Positions 11,923 through 28,989 of a stretch of 64,000 nt of DNA are shown piece by piece. This stretch comes from Eledone cirrhosa. Taxonomy: Eukaryota. The notes beneath the pieces were generated by a model. The model searched no databases, was not told the DNA's origin, and was given only the letters and a program-made list of their open reading frames with translations. The position numbers and the translations under genes are program-made. How positions within the stretch are numbered: position 1 is the first letter of the stretch; every line of letters starts with the position of its first letter. The DNA lies in assembly GCA_964016885.1 (NCBI GenBank), contig OZ024744.1:42470001-42534000 (forward strand). Direction: 5' to 3'.

Positions 11923-12711
11923 AAACATAAATTATCGAGATTCGCATTTCGGCCCACGAAATAACGAAAAACAACCTCCGAGATGTGCGGCAAGTGCTCA
12001 ATGATTCAGATGAACCAGAGCTATAACAAACGTTAAAGGTCAAACACACTGAGACGAAGGTTAAACAATCATTCGCATAGCCAAAAAAAAAAAAAAACGA
12101 TCAAGTAATTCGGGTATTGAAAATTTACCCGGACCCCTGGAAGGTTGGTAAAATCCAGTATATGGGTTTCTGCGGCTCCTAAATTAAGTACCATCTGCTT
12201 ACATAAAAAATATCAGGCTTCTGGTAAGATGATTGAACAAAGAAGCCACTTTCTCAACAGGTTTTAGTTCAATGTTAATACAAGGACTAACTATTGCTGA
12301 CCCCACGTGTCAAGCAAGGGAGGCAACCCCTATATCAGGCGAATGAATTCAGTTGTGTATATTTTTGCAAGAATGCAAAAACATCACAAATCGAATAGAG
12401 TTCTCAACAGAACGGTTAAAATTAACATAAGCTATTCATCAGTCAATAGAATCAACTAAAAAATCAAGAAAATTAACTGGTCAATAGTTAGAGTCTGGAG
12501 AATAATACAAACATAAATTATCGAAATTCGCATTTTGGCCCACGAAATAACGAAAAACAACCTCCGAGATGTGCGGCAAGTGCTCAATGATTCAGATGAA
12601 CCGGAGCTATAACAAACGTTAAAGGCCAAACACACTGAGACGATGGTTAAACAATCATTCGCATAGCCAAAAAAAAAAAACGATCAAGTAATTCGGGTAT
12701 TGAAAATTTAC
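11923..12711 (-). mobile_element. Non-coding ~585-nt terminally redundant pLTR-like module
   Basis: 11923-12128 repeats at 12509-12711; ATTGAGCAC at 11994-12002(-); only degenerate hammerhead-like cores; abuts (TA)n. Confidence 0.6.
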
Positions 12712-12729
12712 TCTCTCTCTTTATATATA

Positions 12730-14480
12730 TATTGTTTTAGTCTCATTCATTCTCAGCCCCACACTCATCGACACAGTCTCAACTGGAATTGGTTGAGGAC
12801 TTCCTGTATTTGGGAGCAAAGATTGGGAATACGGAGGATGATGTGGTTGAGAGGAAGAGCAAGGCCTGGGCGGCGTGTCACAGCTTGAGATCGGTGTGGA
12901 AGTCGGACCTTCGTAGAGACCTGCCTGATGAAGATCTTACAGGCTTGTGGAATCCCCAAGAGGATAGTGGACCTGATATCACTGCTCTACACCAACACCA
13001 AAGCCCAAGTCATTACATCTGATGGGATGACAGAGTTCTTTGAGATACTGGCTGGAGTGCTCCAGGGAGATACATTGGCTCCCTACCTTTTTATCATCAT
13101 AGTGGACTATTGTATGCGCCTTGCACTGGAGAAACACCAGGACACTGGCTTTACTGTAGCACCGGCTCAGAGCAGGAGAGTTGCTGAGTATTCCACAGAT
13201 GCCTGTAATCTTAATATAATCCCCAGGCAGAATAAGTATGACACAATATGTAACAAAGCTGAAACTTTTAACTTCAGTTATAGTCCCTTGACTGGGCTTC
13301 CATACAGCTGTTGTTAACCCAATTTCACTTACAAGGCCTGGGACGACTAGAGGCTATGGTCAATGACATTTGCCCAAGATACCATGCAGTGGAACCAAAC
13401 CACGTGCCTTTGTGTGGATATCAACATGAATGGACCTGTTATTTTTATCTAAAGACATTTTTTCCAATTCCATCCCGCCTGGCCCCTCAATCTATCTTAT
13501 TTCTCATTCTTTCTTCTGATGAAGGACTAGCGTCCGAAACGTTAAGACCCTCTTCCTGCTATATCAAGCGTTAACCTAATATATCCCTTCCATATACTGT
13601 ACCGATTGTGTTGTTATTTCTGTTTACATTTTACACACACACATATATATATATTTACTGTAGCACCGGCTCAGAGCAGGAGAGTTGGGGCGAAAAAGGT
13701 ATCGGATGCTGAATTTGCCGACGACATAGTTTTGGTGACAAATACAGTGAAGGAGGCAGACGATTTGATGCGGGAGGTTGAGACTGTGTCGATGAGTGTG
13801 GGGCTGAGAATGAATGAGACTAAAACAAAATATCTGGTAGAGAATGTTGAGAAGCCAGAGGGGATCACTAATGTAGGCGGGAAGCCGCTGGAATTGGTTG
13901 AGGACTTCCTGTATTTGGGAGCAAAGATTGGGAATACGGAAGATGATGGGGTTGAGAGGAAGAGCAAGGCCTGGGCGGCGTGTCACAGCTTGAGATCGGT
14001 GTGGAAGTCGGACCTTCGTAGAGACCTGAAAATCCGCCTCTTCATTGCTGTAGTAGAGTCTGTGCTGCTGTATGGGTCTGAGACTTGGACACTGACCAAG
14101 AGACTCACTCAGATGGTGGATGGGTGCTACACGAGAATGCTGAGGATGGCTCTGAACATTAATCAGTATACACTGAGGATGAAAAACTCAGAGCTGTATG
14201 GGAGCATCCCAAAAGTCAGCTCAAAAGTCACACAGAGGAGACTGAGGTTGGCTGGACATGCTCACCGACATCCAGAGTTGACATTGCACTCAGTGCTCCT
14301 TTGGGAGCCCCTACATGGACACACTAGAAGAGGAAGACCAAGGTTAACATATGTTGATGCCCTAAGGACAGACACTGGTCTGTTGGAGATGCAGGATATG
14401 GCAGCGATAATGAGGGACAGAGACCGCTGTAGAGAACTCGTCCATGGATCTCGGGAATTTTACCCGCCTTAGATAGATTA
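12730..14480 (+). mobile_element. Rearranged RTE LINE 3' half with a 470-bp insert (13184-13653)
   Basis: GVLQGDTLAPYLF (12928+), EFADDIVL, DFLYLGA; ORF ends 14472, then (taga)n; 34-bp duplication 13150-13183/13654-13687. Confidence 0.85.
13512..13547 (+). ncRNA. Minimal type I hammerhead ribozyme (identical copy at 44382-44417)
   Basis: tctt-CTGATGA-a-ggac-tagc-gtcc-GAAA-c-GTT-aaga; stem III reduced to the palindrome aacgtt. Confidence 0.8.
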
Positions 14481-14507
14481 GATATATATATATATATATA
14501 TATATAT

Positions 14508-14542
<35 letters not shown>

Positions 14543-15349
14543 GAGTGAGATAGAGAGGGGGAGAGAGATTACATAAGTATCCAAGTTATGTTTAAATCAT
14601 TTAATCGCTGACAATTGTTGTTTCTTCCAAACTTAAGCTTGGTGTCGTCGGAGCATTATCAATGTTTGTACATATAATTAACCTCCTATTCAACTGAAGA
14701 ATCATACAGATACATATATATTGATGTTGTGGACAACAGTTTCATGTTTACAGGGTGGAATGGATGCGACATATATTATACGAGAATTGTACAATAATTT
14801 AAATTAAGATTAAAATTAAAATTAAAAATTAAAAATTAAAAATTAAAATTAAAAGGACAGAGTGGAATACATGCGAGAGATAATATAAGAGAATAGTCTA
14901 ATAATTAAAGAGATAGTACATGCGTTAGTCATATATAAAGGAATGTAACAAGCAAATGTATTATGCATGTATAAGTACTGTATGGCAAGGTATTACATAA
15001 AATACAAGTATATTTAAGCGAATATGTTAGTGTATTATGGGGGATGCAATGCGATGATATTTTCTGAATAGTTCAAATTTGTATGTGTGTAGAATATGAG
15101 AGTTACAGATTTCACATCCATTACATATGTTAAGTTATATTTGTATTGAATGTTTGTTATAGTAATGGATTGGTGTTATTGTATTCATATTCATGGATTA
15201 GCTCCCCTTAATTCCATATCCACTTCCGGATATTAAACCGTTGAAAATTCTCGCAGTAGAACAACTCTAATCCATGAATATGAATACAATAACACCAAGT
15301 TACAATCCATTACTATAACAAACATTCAATACAAATATAACTTAACACA

Positions 15350-16236
15350 TGTTCCGAAAGTACTGTAGCTAGAGTCCGAACGAGATGGAAAAGTTCAGAG
15401 AGCTTATACCACTTTTGGCTGCTAAAGGTTTCTCTCTAAAAATAAAAGGCAGGCTGTATGATGCCTGCATACGAACAGCGATGCTACATGGCAATGAGAC
15501 ATGGGTCTTGTGTGCAGAGGATCTACGCAGACTTGAGAGGAACGAAGCTTGCATGCTCCGTTGGATATCTAATAGTAATATACGCGAACGGCAAAGCATA
15601 AATGAACTAAGTGAGAAATTAGGAATAAGAGGGATCAGATGCTGTTTACTCGAGTGAAGACTATGTTGGTATGGTCACGTGATGCGCATGAAAGGTGACA
15701 GCTGTATAAAAAAGTGCAGGGTGGTCAAAATAGATGGTAGTTAGGGAGTAAGCAGACCCAGAAAAACCTGGGACGACTTGATAAAATCCGACCTCTCCAA
15801 GACAATGTCATTGAACCGGGATCTTTCGTGCTATGTAGTAATACAGAAGACCCGCCTTGCCTAAGTACAAAGCGAAACCTACAGTCAGTAGGCACCTCTT
15901 AACCAAAATACACCCCCGTCCCACTACCCTACCCTCACCGCCATCTACACCACCCCTTTCGATGTAAAGCTATGTTGGTACCACAATATCCAGTCCTAAA
16001 TAAATGAGGTCGTGTAGGTATCACGACAAAAAAGAGCACACAGTCCACGCTGTAATGAGGCCGTGTCGGTCACACGGTAAAAACCTCCCAGCCCACACTG
16101 TAAACGTGGTTGGTGTTAGGAAGGGCATCCAGCCGTAGAAAGCCCGCCAGACAGTTCTGTGCAAGACAACTAATCTTGCCTCAGACCCATACTAGCATGG
16201 AAGATGGACGTTAAACGATGATGATGATGGTGATGA
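15350..16236 (+). mobile_element. RTE-type LINE 3' fragment with (gat)n tail
   Basis: KGRLYDACIRTAMLHGNETW; similar fragments at 10005-10238, 27703-28480, 39170-39380(-) and 43557-44040(-). Confidence 0.8.
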
Positions 16237-16774
16237 TATGTAATGGATGTGAAATCTGTAACTCTCATATTCTACACACATACAAATTTGAACTATACAG
16301 AAAATATCAACGCATTAATACACTAACATATTCGCTTAAAATACTTGTATTTTATGTAATACCTTGCCATACAGTACTTATACATGCATAATATATTTGC
16401 TTGTTACATTCCTTTATATATGACTAACGCATGTACTATCTCTTTAATTATTACACTATTCTCTTATATTATCTGTCGCATGTATTCCACTCTGTGCTTT
16501 TAATTTTAATTTTTAATTTTTAATTTTTAATTTTTAATTTTTAATTTTTAATTTTTAATTTTTAATTTTAATTTTAATTTTAATTTTAATTTTAATTTTA
16601 ATTTTAATTTTAATTTTAATCTTAATTTAAATTATTGTACAATTCTCGTATAATATATGTCGCATCCATTCCACCCTATAAACATGAAACTGTTGTCCAC
16701 AACATCAATATATATGTATCTGTATGATTCTTCAGTTGAATAGGAGGTTAATTATATGTACAAACATTGCTAAT

Positions 16775-16819
16775 GCTCCGAGGACACCAAGCTTAAGTTT
16801 GGAAGAAACAATTGTCAGC
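16775..16819 (+). ncRNA. Hammerhead variant (CCGANGA core); mirror copy ~14606-14655(-)
   Basis: gct-CCGAGGA-ca-ccaagc-ttaa-gtttgg-aa-GAAA-c-aatt-GTC-agc. Confidence 0.55.
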
Positions 16820-16905
16820 GATTTAAACATAATTTTGATACTTGTGTAATCTATATTACTGCTCTGTAAAACACCTGCTGTTCTTACATTGAGCTATTTC
16901 TCTTA

Positions 16906-16969
<64 letters not shown>

Positions 16970-16970
<1 letters not shown>

Positions 16971-17152
16971 GTTATTCCGGGTTGAATCGGAGGTAACCAC
17001 AGTAAGTAAGGTACTCAATACATAGCAGAGTATAACAGTTTTAATATAGATGAGATTCTACAGGACTAGAACTGTTTCATTCATTAGAAATCATCATGAT
17101 GATTTCTAATGAATGAAACAGTTCTAGTCCTGTAGAATCTCATCTATATTAA

Positions 17153-17156
<4 letters not shown>
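16970..17156 (-). mobile_element. pLTR 3' fragment with a perfect 120-bp palindrome centred in the hammerhead core
   Basis: 17037-17156 palindrome with no loop, centre tcatca|tgatga; arm reads TGATGA-tttctaatgaat-GAAAC-agttcta-GTC; ATTGAGTAC at 17011-19(-). Confidence 0.65.
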
Positions 17157-17230
<74 letters not shown>

Positions 17231-17261
17231 GTATGTATAAATATATTTATATATATATATA

Positions 17262-18478
17262 TCACCTTGACCGACCAGTCTGTCAGCCGTCCATTCAGTG
17301 CCGCTGGTCACAGCACGCCGTCCATTCCTCTCTGGATCGTGCTTTCCTCATCCATGTAGTCCCATTCGTATTCCTAAAATCGTAACTCCACCTTCGTGGA
17401 GGCCTTCCGAGTGGTCGTTTCCGTTAGCGCGGGTACCAATCGGCAACTGCGCGAGTCACCGATTATCGGTGAACCGGGCGACGTGTCCAGCCCATCTCAA
17501 CTTGCTGCGCATATATTTCGTGATGACGTCCCTCACGCCGGACGTCTATCTGATGACTTCGCTCCTGATGTGCTCTCTCAACGAGATTCCTAGCAGTGAT
17601 CTCTCCATGGCTCTTTGAGCCGTTACCAGCCTCTGCTATTCTCTCTTCGTTGTAGCCCAAGTTTCACTGCCATATAACATTGCAGGTAAAACTATGCTAT
17701 TGAAGAGGTTGGCGCGGGTGGTCTTGTCCAACCTCCCCTTGAGCACATCCCTTATGCCGTTGAACGCTTTCCATCCGGCCCTTACTCTCCGCGAGATCCC
17801 TTCTCAATGTCTCGGCGCATGTTCACTTCTTGTCCTAGATAGACGTATTCCTCCACCTCCTCTATTTCATCACTGCCAACTACCATTCGACCTGTTGGTA
17901 TGTTGCCGGACCGCATGAACTTCGTTTTCATACGGTTTATCTTGATGCCTACTGCAGAGCTTTTCGTGTCGAGCTCCGTCAGCATGGTCTGAAGCTGATC
18001 CGTGGTTTCAGCGATGAGTACGATGTCATCAGTAAAACGGAGGTGGGCAGGTATCGCGCGGTTGATGTTGACACCGCCTTGCCAGTCAATGCCTCTGATG
18101 ATCTGCTCGAGACACGCGATGAAAAGTTTTGGAGAGATCATATCACCTTGCTTCACTCCCTTCTCGACCGGCACTCGTACGGGTGATGACAGCAGAGCTA
18201 TGGCGGTGGTGCATCCGGAACTCGCCTCCCTGAACAGTTGAACGTATTGCACCTTGACTTCTTGCCTCTGCAGCGAGTTCAGCACTGCGTTGATTTCGAC
18301 AAGAGTGAGGTGGAAAAGGTTTGCGAAGGCTTCTACACCAAGCTCTTAAAGTCTGCCAGGAATGTGCAGCCGGTGCCGTCACTCCAACAGGATGAAAATG
18401 TGCCACCCATGCTTGTCAGTGAGGTCGAAAGAACCGTCAGCTTGATGATAAGCGGAAAGGCGCCAGGGAAAGACGGCA
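17262..18478 (-). mobile_element. RTE LINE 3' half with 5' inversion (18290-18478 on +)
   Basis: GVKQGDMISPKLF, HLRFTDDIVLIA, YVYLGQ on -; the upstream segment GKAPGKDGI lies on +. Confidence 0.85.
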
Positions 18479-18555
18479 TATATATATATAAATATATTTA
18501 TATATGTATGTATAAATATATGTGTATGTATAAATATATATATATGTATGTATAA

Positions 18556-18655
<100 letters not shown>

Positions 18656-18690
18656 TGTGAGAAAAACCACAGACCCTCCATCTCAACTCA

Positions 18691-18728
18691 CCTTTTGAAA
18701 AGCAGAAGAACTGCGAAACCGGTAAAGG
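18691..18728 (+). ncRNA. Variant minimal hammerhead with U3-A8 core
   Basis: cctt-TTGAAAA-gcag-aagaa-ctgc-GAAA-ccg-GTA-aagg, in a short insert between (TA)n tracts. Confidence 0.7.
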
Positions 18729-18821
18729 AACCAAATAAATATATATATTTTTTTAAAAAATAAGACTTCAGTTGCATTTTCGATTTCATCCCTTTTTCTT
18801 TATATATATATATATATATAT

Positions 18822-24013
<5,192 letters not shown>

Positions 24014-24174
24014 TATGTATGTATAAATAAATATATATATGTATAAATATATATATATATGTATATATATATATATCATCATCATCATCATCATCTTCGT
24101 TTAACATCCATTTTCCACGCTAGCATGAGTTATATATGAAGAGAGAGGAAGAGAGAGAGATATATAGAGAGAGG

Positions 24175-24263
<89 letters not shown>

Positions 24264-24402
24264 AGAGATTTATGCAAACAAACATGTATTATCACATGTA
24301 GAGGAAGTGGGGCAGCTATGAAAAGGTTATGTGTGTATGTCCCGCTCCCCTTGGCTTATAATTTGCAGTTACACAAAATAGTTGCCACGTGACCTTAATC
24401 TT

Positions 24403-25107
24403 TGTCTCACTCGCTTTACGCGTTTTAATTGTCCTAATAACTTATTTTAGTTATTATTGCACCGACGTGAGGTATATGATTTGTAATGCAATGAAATATC
24501 TATGATCGTCGGCAAATCACTGATGAGGGACTCATTTTATTACATGTTATCCATGCGCTACCTGCAGTATTTTTCTCCATATTTTATTACATATATTTAC
24601 CCAAACTGCGATTCTGTGTTTTTCTCTCTCTCTCTTACTGTTCCCCCATTCTCTCTGTTTCTCCTACTTTCTTTCGCCCCCTCTGTCATGTCAGTTAGCT
24701 CTTCCTCACACTTTCACTCACTCACTGTTTCTCCTTTCTTCGCTTCATCCTGTACACGACGAAAGCTATATTTTTCTCTCTTCTCACATGGCCCTCGTTC
24801 GTGTCAGGTCTTTTTTCTAAAGCGCTCATATATTCACCTAGCTTATGCTAAACAGAATAATTATGAAACTTGTTTCATTCCCCTACGGTTAGCTATACTC
24901 TTTGTTGTTCTCCTGTCTCACTCGCTTTACGCGTTTTAATTGTCCTAATAACTTATTTTAGTTATTATTGCACCGACGTGAGGTATATGATTTGTAATGC
25001 AATGAAATATCTATGATCGTCGGCAAATCACTGATGAGGGACTCATTTTATTACATGTTATCCATGCGCTACCTGCAGTATTTTTCTCCATATTTTATTA
25101 CATATAT
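24403..25107 (+). mobile_element. Non-coding 511-nt terminally redundant pLTR-like module
   Basis: 24403-24596 equals 24914-25107; CTGATGA-ggg (24520)...ccc-AAAC (24600), a degenerate hammerhead; ends in (TA)n. Confidence 0.65.
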
Positions 25108-25340
25108 ATATATATATAACAGTGGGAGACTAATCCGTAACGTATGGTTGCAAATCGTAAACTTCTCGACAACACTGCCATGACTGCTCCTCACGTATAT
25201 ATATATATTATTATTAGGGTAAATATTGATGCAATTCAATTCAAGCACTCAACGTACTTTTTCCACATAGGAGTGACGGAGTAAATATCGAATAAGGAAA
25301 AGCGAAGTAGTTTCAGATGTTCAAGTCCTTTAATAATAAT

Positions 25341-25524
25341 TGTTTCTACTTTTGGCACAAGGCTAACAATTATTCCAGTGCATTACTGGTACTTTATTTT
25401 ATCGACCCCGTAAGGATGAAAGGCAAAGTTAACCTCGGCGGGATTTGAACTCAGAATGGCAAGGGCCGTAACTCTATGCTGCAAAGCATAGCATCCGACC
25501 TTCTACCGATACTGCCAATCCACC
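25341..25524 (-). mobile_element. tRNA-derived SINE inserted in the left IR arm
   Basis: B-box-like gagttcaaatccc on -; TSD aataataat 25332-40/25525-33; absent from the right arm. Confidence 0.8.
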
Positions 25525-25533
25525 AATAATAAT

Positions 25534-25607
25534 GCTGTGATATATATTTCAATGGCGACACTGGCCACACTGTTCTGTGTGCGAGTGTCGTGACATCATC
25601 AGACAGC
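25534..25607 (-). ncRNA. Type I hammerhead (mirror copy 26732-26805 has a G8A change)
   Basis: gctgt-CTGATGA-tgtca-cgacact...agtgtcg-ccatt-GAAA-t-atat-ATC-acagc. Confidence 0.65.
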
Positions 25608-26877
25608 TTGTTACATCATAAGGTTATGTTTCCGAGGCAATCCAAATTGAATCGACATGGGAACGGATGAAATGCGTGCTTTTGGGTTTCTCACTCGTTC
25701 CCCTGTGAGTACCAATTCACCCCCACCGGTCTGCGCGTGCGCATGTCCGAAGGAAGTTGACCATTAGCTACCGCAGATTTCAACGAAATTCGCTTAGTCA
25801 GTTCAGCCTCTCAGTCACACAATGGCCCGTACCATAGTTTACTGCTACCCATCCCGACTGTGGCAGTCAGCCGAAAGCCAGAGGGGATGGGAGAGTGTTA
25901 GTTTTTACAGGTCATAATACTACCTCTCACCTAGCGTGGACAGTACGACTGACCATCAACTCATAAGGGAAAATAAACTTAATTCTAGGTATCATGATTT
26001 TACATTGTAAGTTAAGAGTGAGAGTTGGAAATAAAATTAAAGTCCTAAATCAAGTATCAGAAATTATAAATTAAACAATTAAAAAATTAACAATTAGAAA
26101 TTAAAAGTTAGAAACTTTTTTCAAGTGAGAATTCGGATTGAAGTGAGTAAAAAAATATAGATTGAAGTGAGTAAATAATATGGAGAGAGATGTTTAAGTA
26201 AGAAGTTCTGAGAGGGGTTCTAGTGTCACAGTTACTCTATCCACATATTGAACGACAGTGCCGTACATTAGAACGGAGGGTAAGCTACAGCATTCAAGGC
26301 ATTAGTCAATCTGGTACAGTCATAATTTCCATCACATGGAACAATACCAAAGAAAAACAGACATAGAAGAAAAAATGCAAAATACACAGGTCGTACTGTC
26401 CACGCTAGGTGAGAGGTATTATTATGACCTGTAAAAACTAACACTCTCCCATCCCCTCTGGCTTTCGGCTGACTGCCACAGTCGGGATGGGTAGCAGTAA
26501 ACTATGGTACGGGCCATTGTGTGACTAAGAGGGTGAATGGACTAAGCGAATTTCGTTGAAATCTGCGGTAGCTAATGGTCAACTTCCTTCGGACATGCGC
26601 ACGCGCAGACCGGTGGGGGTGAATTGGTACTCACAGGGGAATGAGTTAGAAACCCAAAAGCACGCATTTCATCCGTTCCCATGTCGATTCAATTTGGATT
26701 GCCTCGGAAACATAACCTTATTATGTAACAAGCTGTCTGATAATGTCACGACACTCGCACACAGAACAGTGTGGCCAGTGTCGCCATTGAAATATATATC
26801 ACAGCATTATTATTAAAGGACTTGAACATCTGAAACTACTTCGCTTTTCCTTATTCTCTCTCTCTCTATATATATAT

Positions 26878-27672
26878 ATACAATTGAATATATGAGAGAG
26901 ATTAACACAGATACAAATATACATGTGTTCCAATTGCAAATGACCAAGTTAGCTAAGTTGAAAAAAATACTAATTTAAAACAATATGGTTTGCCTGTCTC
27001 GATTTAAAGTAATAAATCAATAAAAATAACAAACTTATATCGGGCCATTTGCAATTCGAATACATGTATACTTATATCGTTGTTCATCCCTCTCATATAT
27101 CCAATTATATTACACGGCTCGGAAAGATTTCCTTCCTTGAGCTATTTAATTGTAAAAGACTATTTTTAGTTTCTAACTCAATCTATGATATTCTCGGCTC
27201 CATATGTAGAGCTAACCTTAGTCCCATAAAACCGACTGCTATTTTTAGCGGCATGAGTATGAGACGCGCTAGGCGCTGCAACATGTGCTTTTATATCAAC
27301 ACATAGTTTAGTCTTCTTAGATCTTTTGAAGTGAAAGGTACGAATTTCCTGGATACCAGCAGAAGAGCACAGGAATGGTGGCTTTCACTTAATAATTCTT
27401 GCAAAACAGATTCAGATCTGTCCGGGTATCAATATAGGTTTGTTATTTTTATTGATTTATTACTTTAAATCGAGTAAGGCAAACCAAATTGTTTTAAATT
27501 AGTATTTTTCAAACTAGCTAACTTGGTCATTTGCAATTGGAACACATGTATACTTGTATCTGTGTTCATCTCTCTCATATATCCAATTATATTACATGGC
27601 TCGGAAAGATTCCCTTCCTTGAGCTATTTAATTGTAAAAGACTATTTTTAGTTTCTAACTCAATCTATGATA
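26878..27672 (+). mobile_element. Non-coding 482-nt terminally redundant module with inverted 5' segment
   Basis: DR 27046-27190/27528-27672; IR 26878-27040/27432-27592; no canonical hammerhead recognised. Confidence 0.65.
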
Positions 27673-28989
27673 TATATATAAATATATATATATATGCACA
27701 TACTTCTCTCTAAAAATGAAAGGCAGACTGTATGATGCCTGCATACGAACAGCAATGTTACATGGCAGTGAGACCTGGGCATTGTGTGCAGAGGATCTGC
27801 GCAGACTGGAGAGGAACGAAGCATGCATGTTCTGTTGGATGTGTAATAGTAATATACATGAACAGCAAAGCATAAATGAACTAAGTGAGAAATTAGGCAT
27901 AAGAGGGATCAGATGCTGTTTACTCGAGAGAAGACTACATTGGTATGGTTACGTAATGTGCATGAAAGACGACATCTGTATAAAAAGTGCAGGGCGATCA
28001 AAATTGGTGGAAGTTACGGAGTAGGCAGACCCAGAAAAACCTGGGACGACTTGATAAATTCCAACCTTACACACTTACACCTCTCCAAGACAATGTCACT
28101 GGATCGAGATCTTTGGCGCTACACAGTAATACAGAAGACCCGCCTTGCCTATGTACAAAGCGAAACCTACTGTCAGTAGGCACCTCTTAATCAAATATAC
28201 ACCCCCATCCCATACCCCAACTCCCCATCCCCACCACCATCAACACCACCCTTTCTCTGTAAAGTTATGTTGGTACCACAACATCCAGTCCTAAATAAAT
28301 GAGTCGTGTAGGTGTCACAACAAAAAAAACCACAGTCCACGCTGTAATGTGGCCGTGTAGGTATCATGGTAAAAACCTCCCAGTCCACACTGTAAACGTG
28401 GTTGGTGTTAGGAACGGCATCCAGCTGTAGAAAACCCGCCAGATAGTCCTATACGAGTGAGACGACCAATCTTGCCTCATGTGAGATAATTCCCATCTAT
28501 GCAAAAAATAGTAAGCAAATGCTAAATTAGTAAAATTCAATTAACCTTTCAATATTAATGACAGATAGTTAATGAAAGGTTATGAAGTATTGTTTAAAAC
28601 TTTGTTTATATTTCAATTGACTAATATGTTGAGTTTTTATTTTCAAAAAAACATTATCTAATGTGTGGAAGGTAGATGTTAAACGATGACGATGATGTAC
28701 ATTCATATACATATATGTGTGTGTATGTGTATGTATGTGTGTGTATATGTTTATGTATGTGGCATATGCTATTGCACTGATGGATGCAAATATTATTTCT
28801 ATTCTGTGGACCATAAATAAGATTAAAAAATATGTTACATCAACACGCATTCATGGCAGATGGATAAAAAGCGTGTAAATAATTACTGAATAGATGAATG
28901 AATGAAAGAAAGAATGAATGAATCAATAAATGAATGGATGTTTGAATGAACATAGTAATGAATGGATGGAAGGATAGATGGAGGGATGA

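Larger units (their letters stand above)
14566..16908 (+). mobile_element. Large fold-back pLTR module interrupted by an RTE insertion
   Basis: Left arm 14566-15200 pairs with 15268-15347 plus 16236-16852; hammerhead at 16775-16819; ATTGAGCTA at 16888; ends at (TA)n. Confidence 0.75.
25215..26856 (-). mobile_element. pLTR module with long inverted repeat
   Basis: IR 25290-25949/26390-26856; hammerhead in both arms; GTTGAGTGC at 25245-53(-). Confidence 0.75.
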
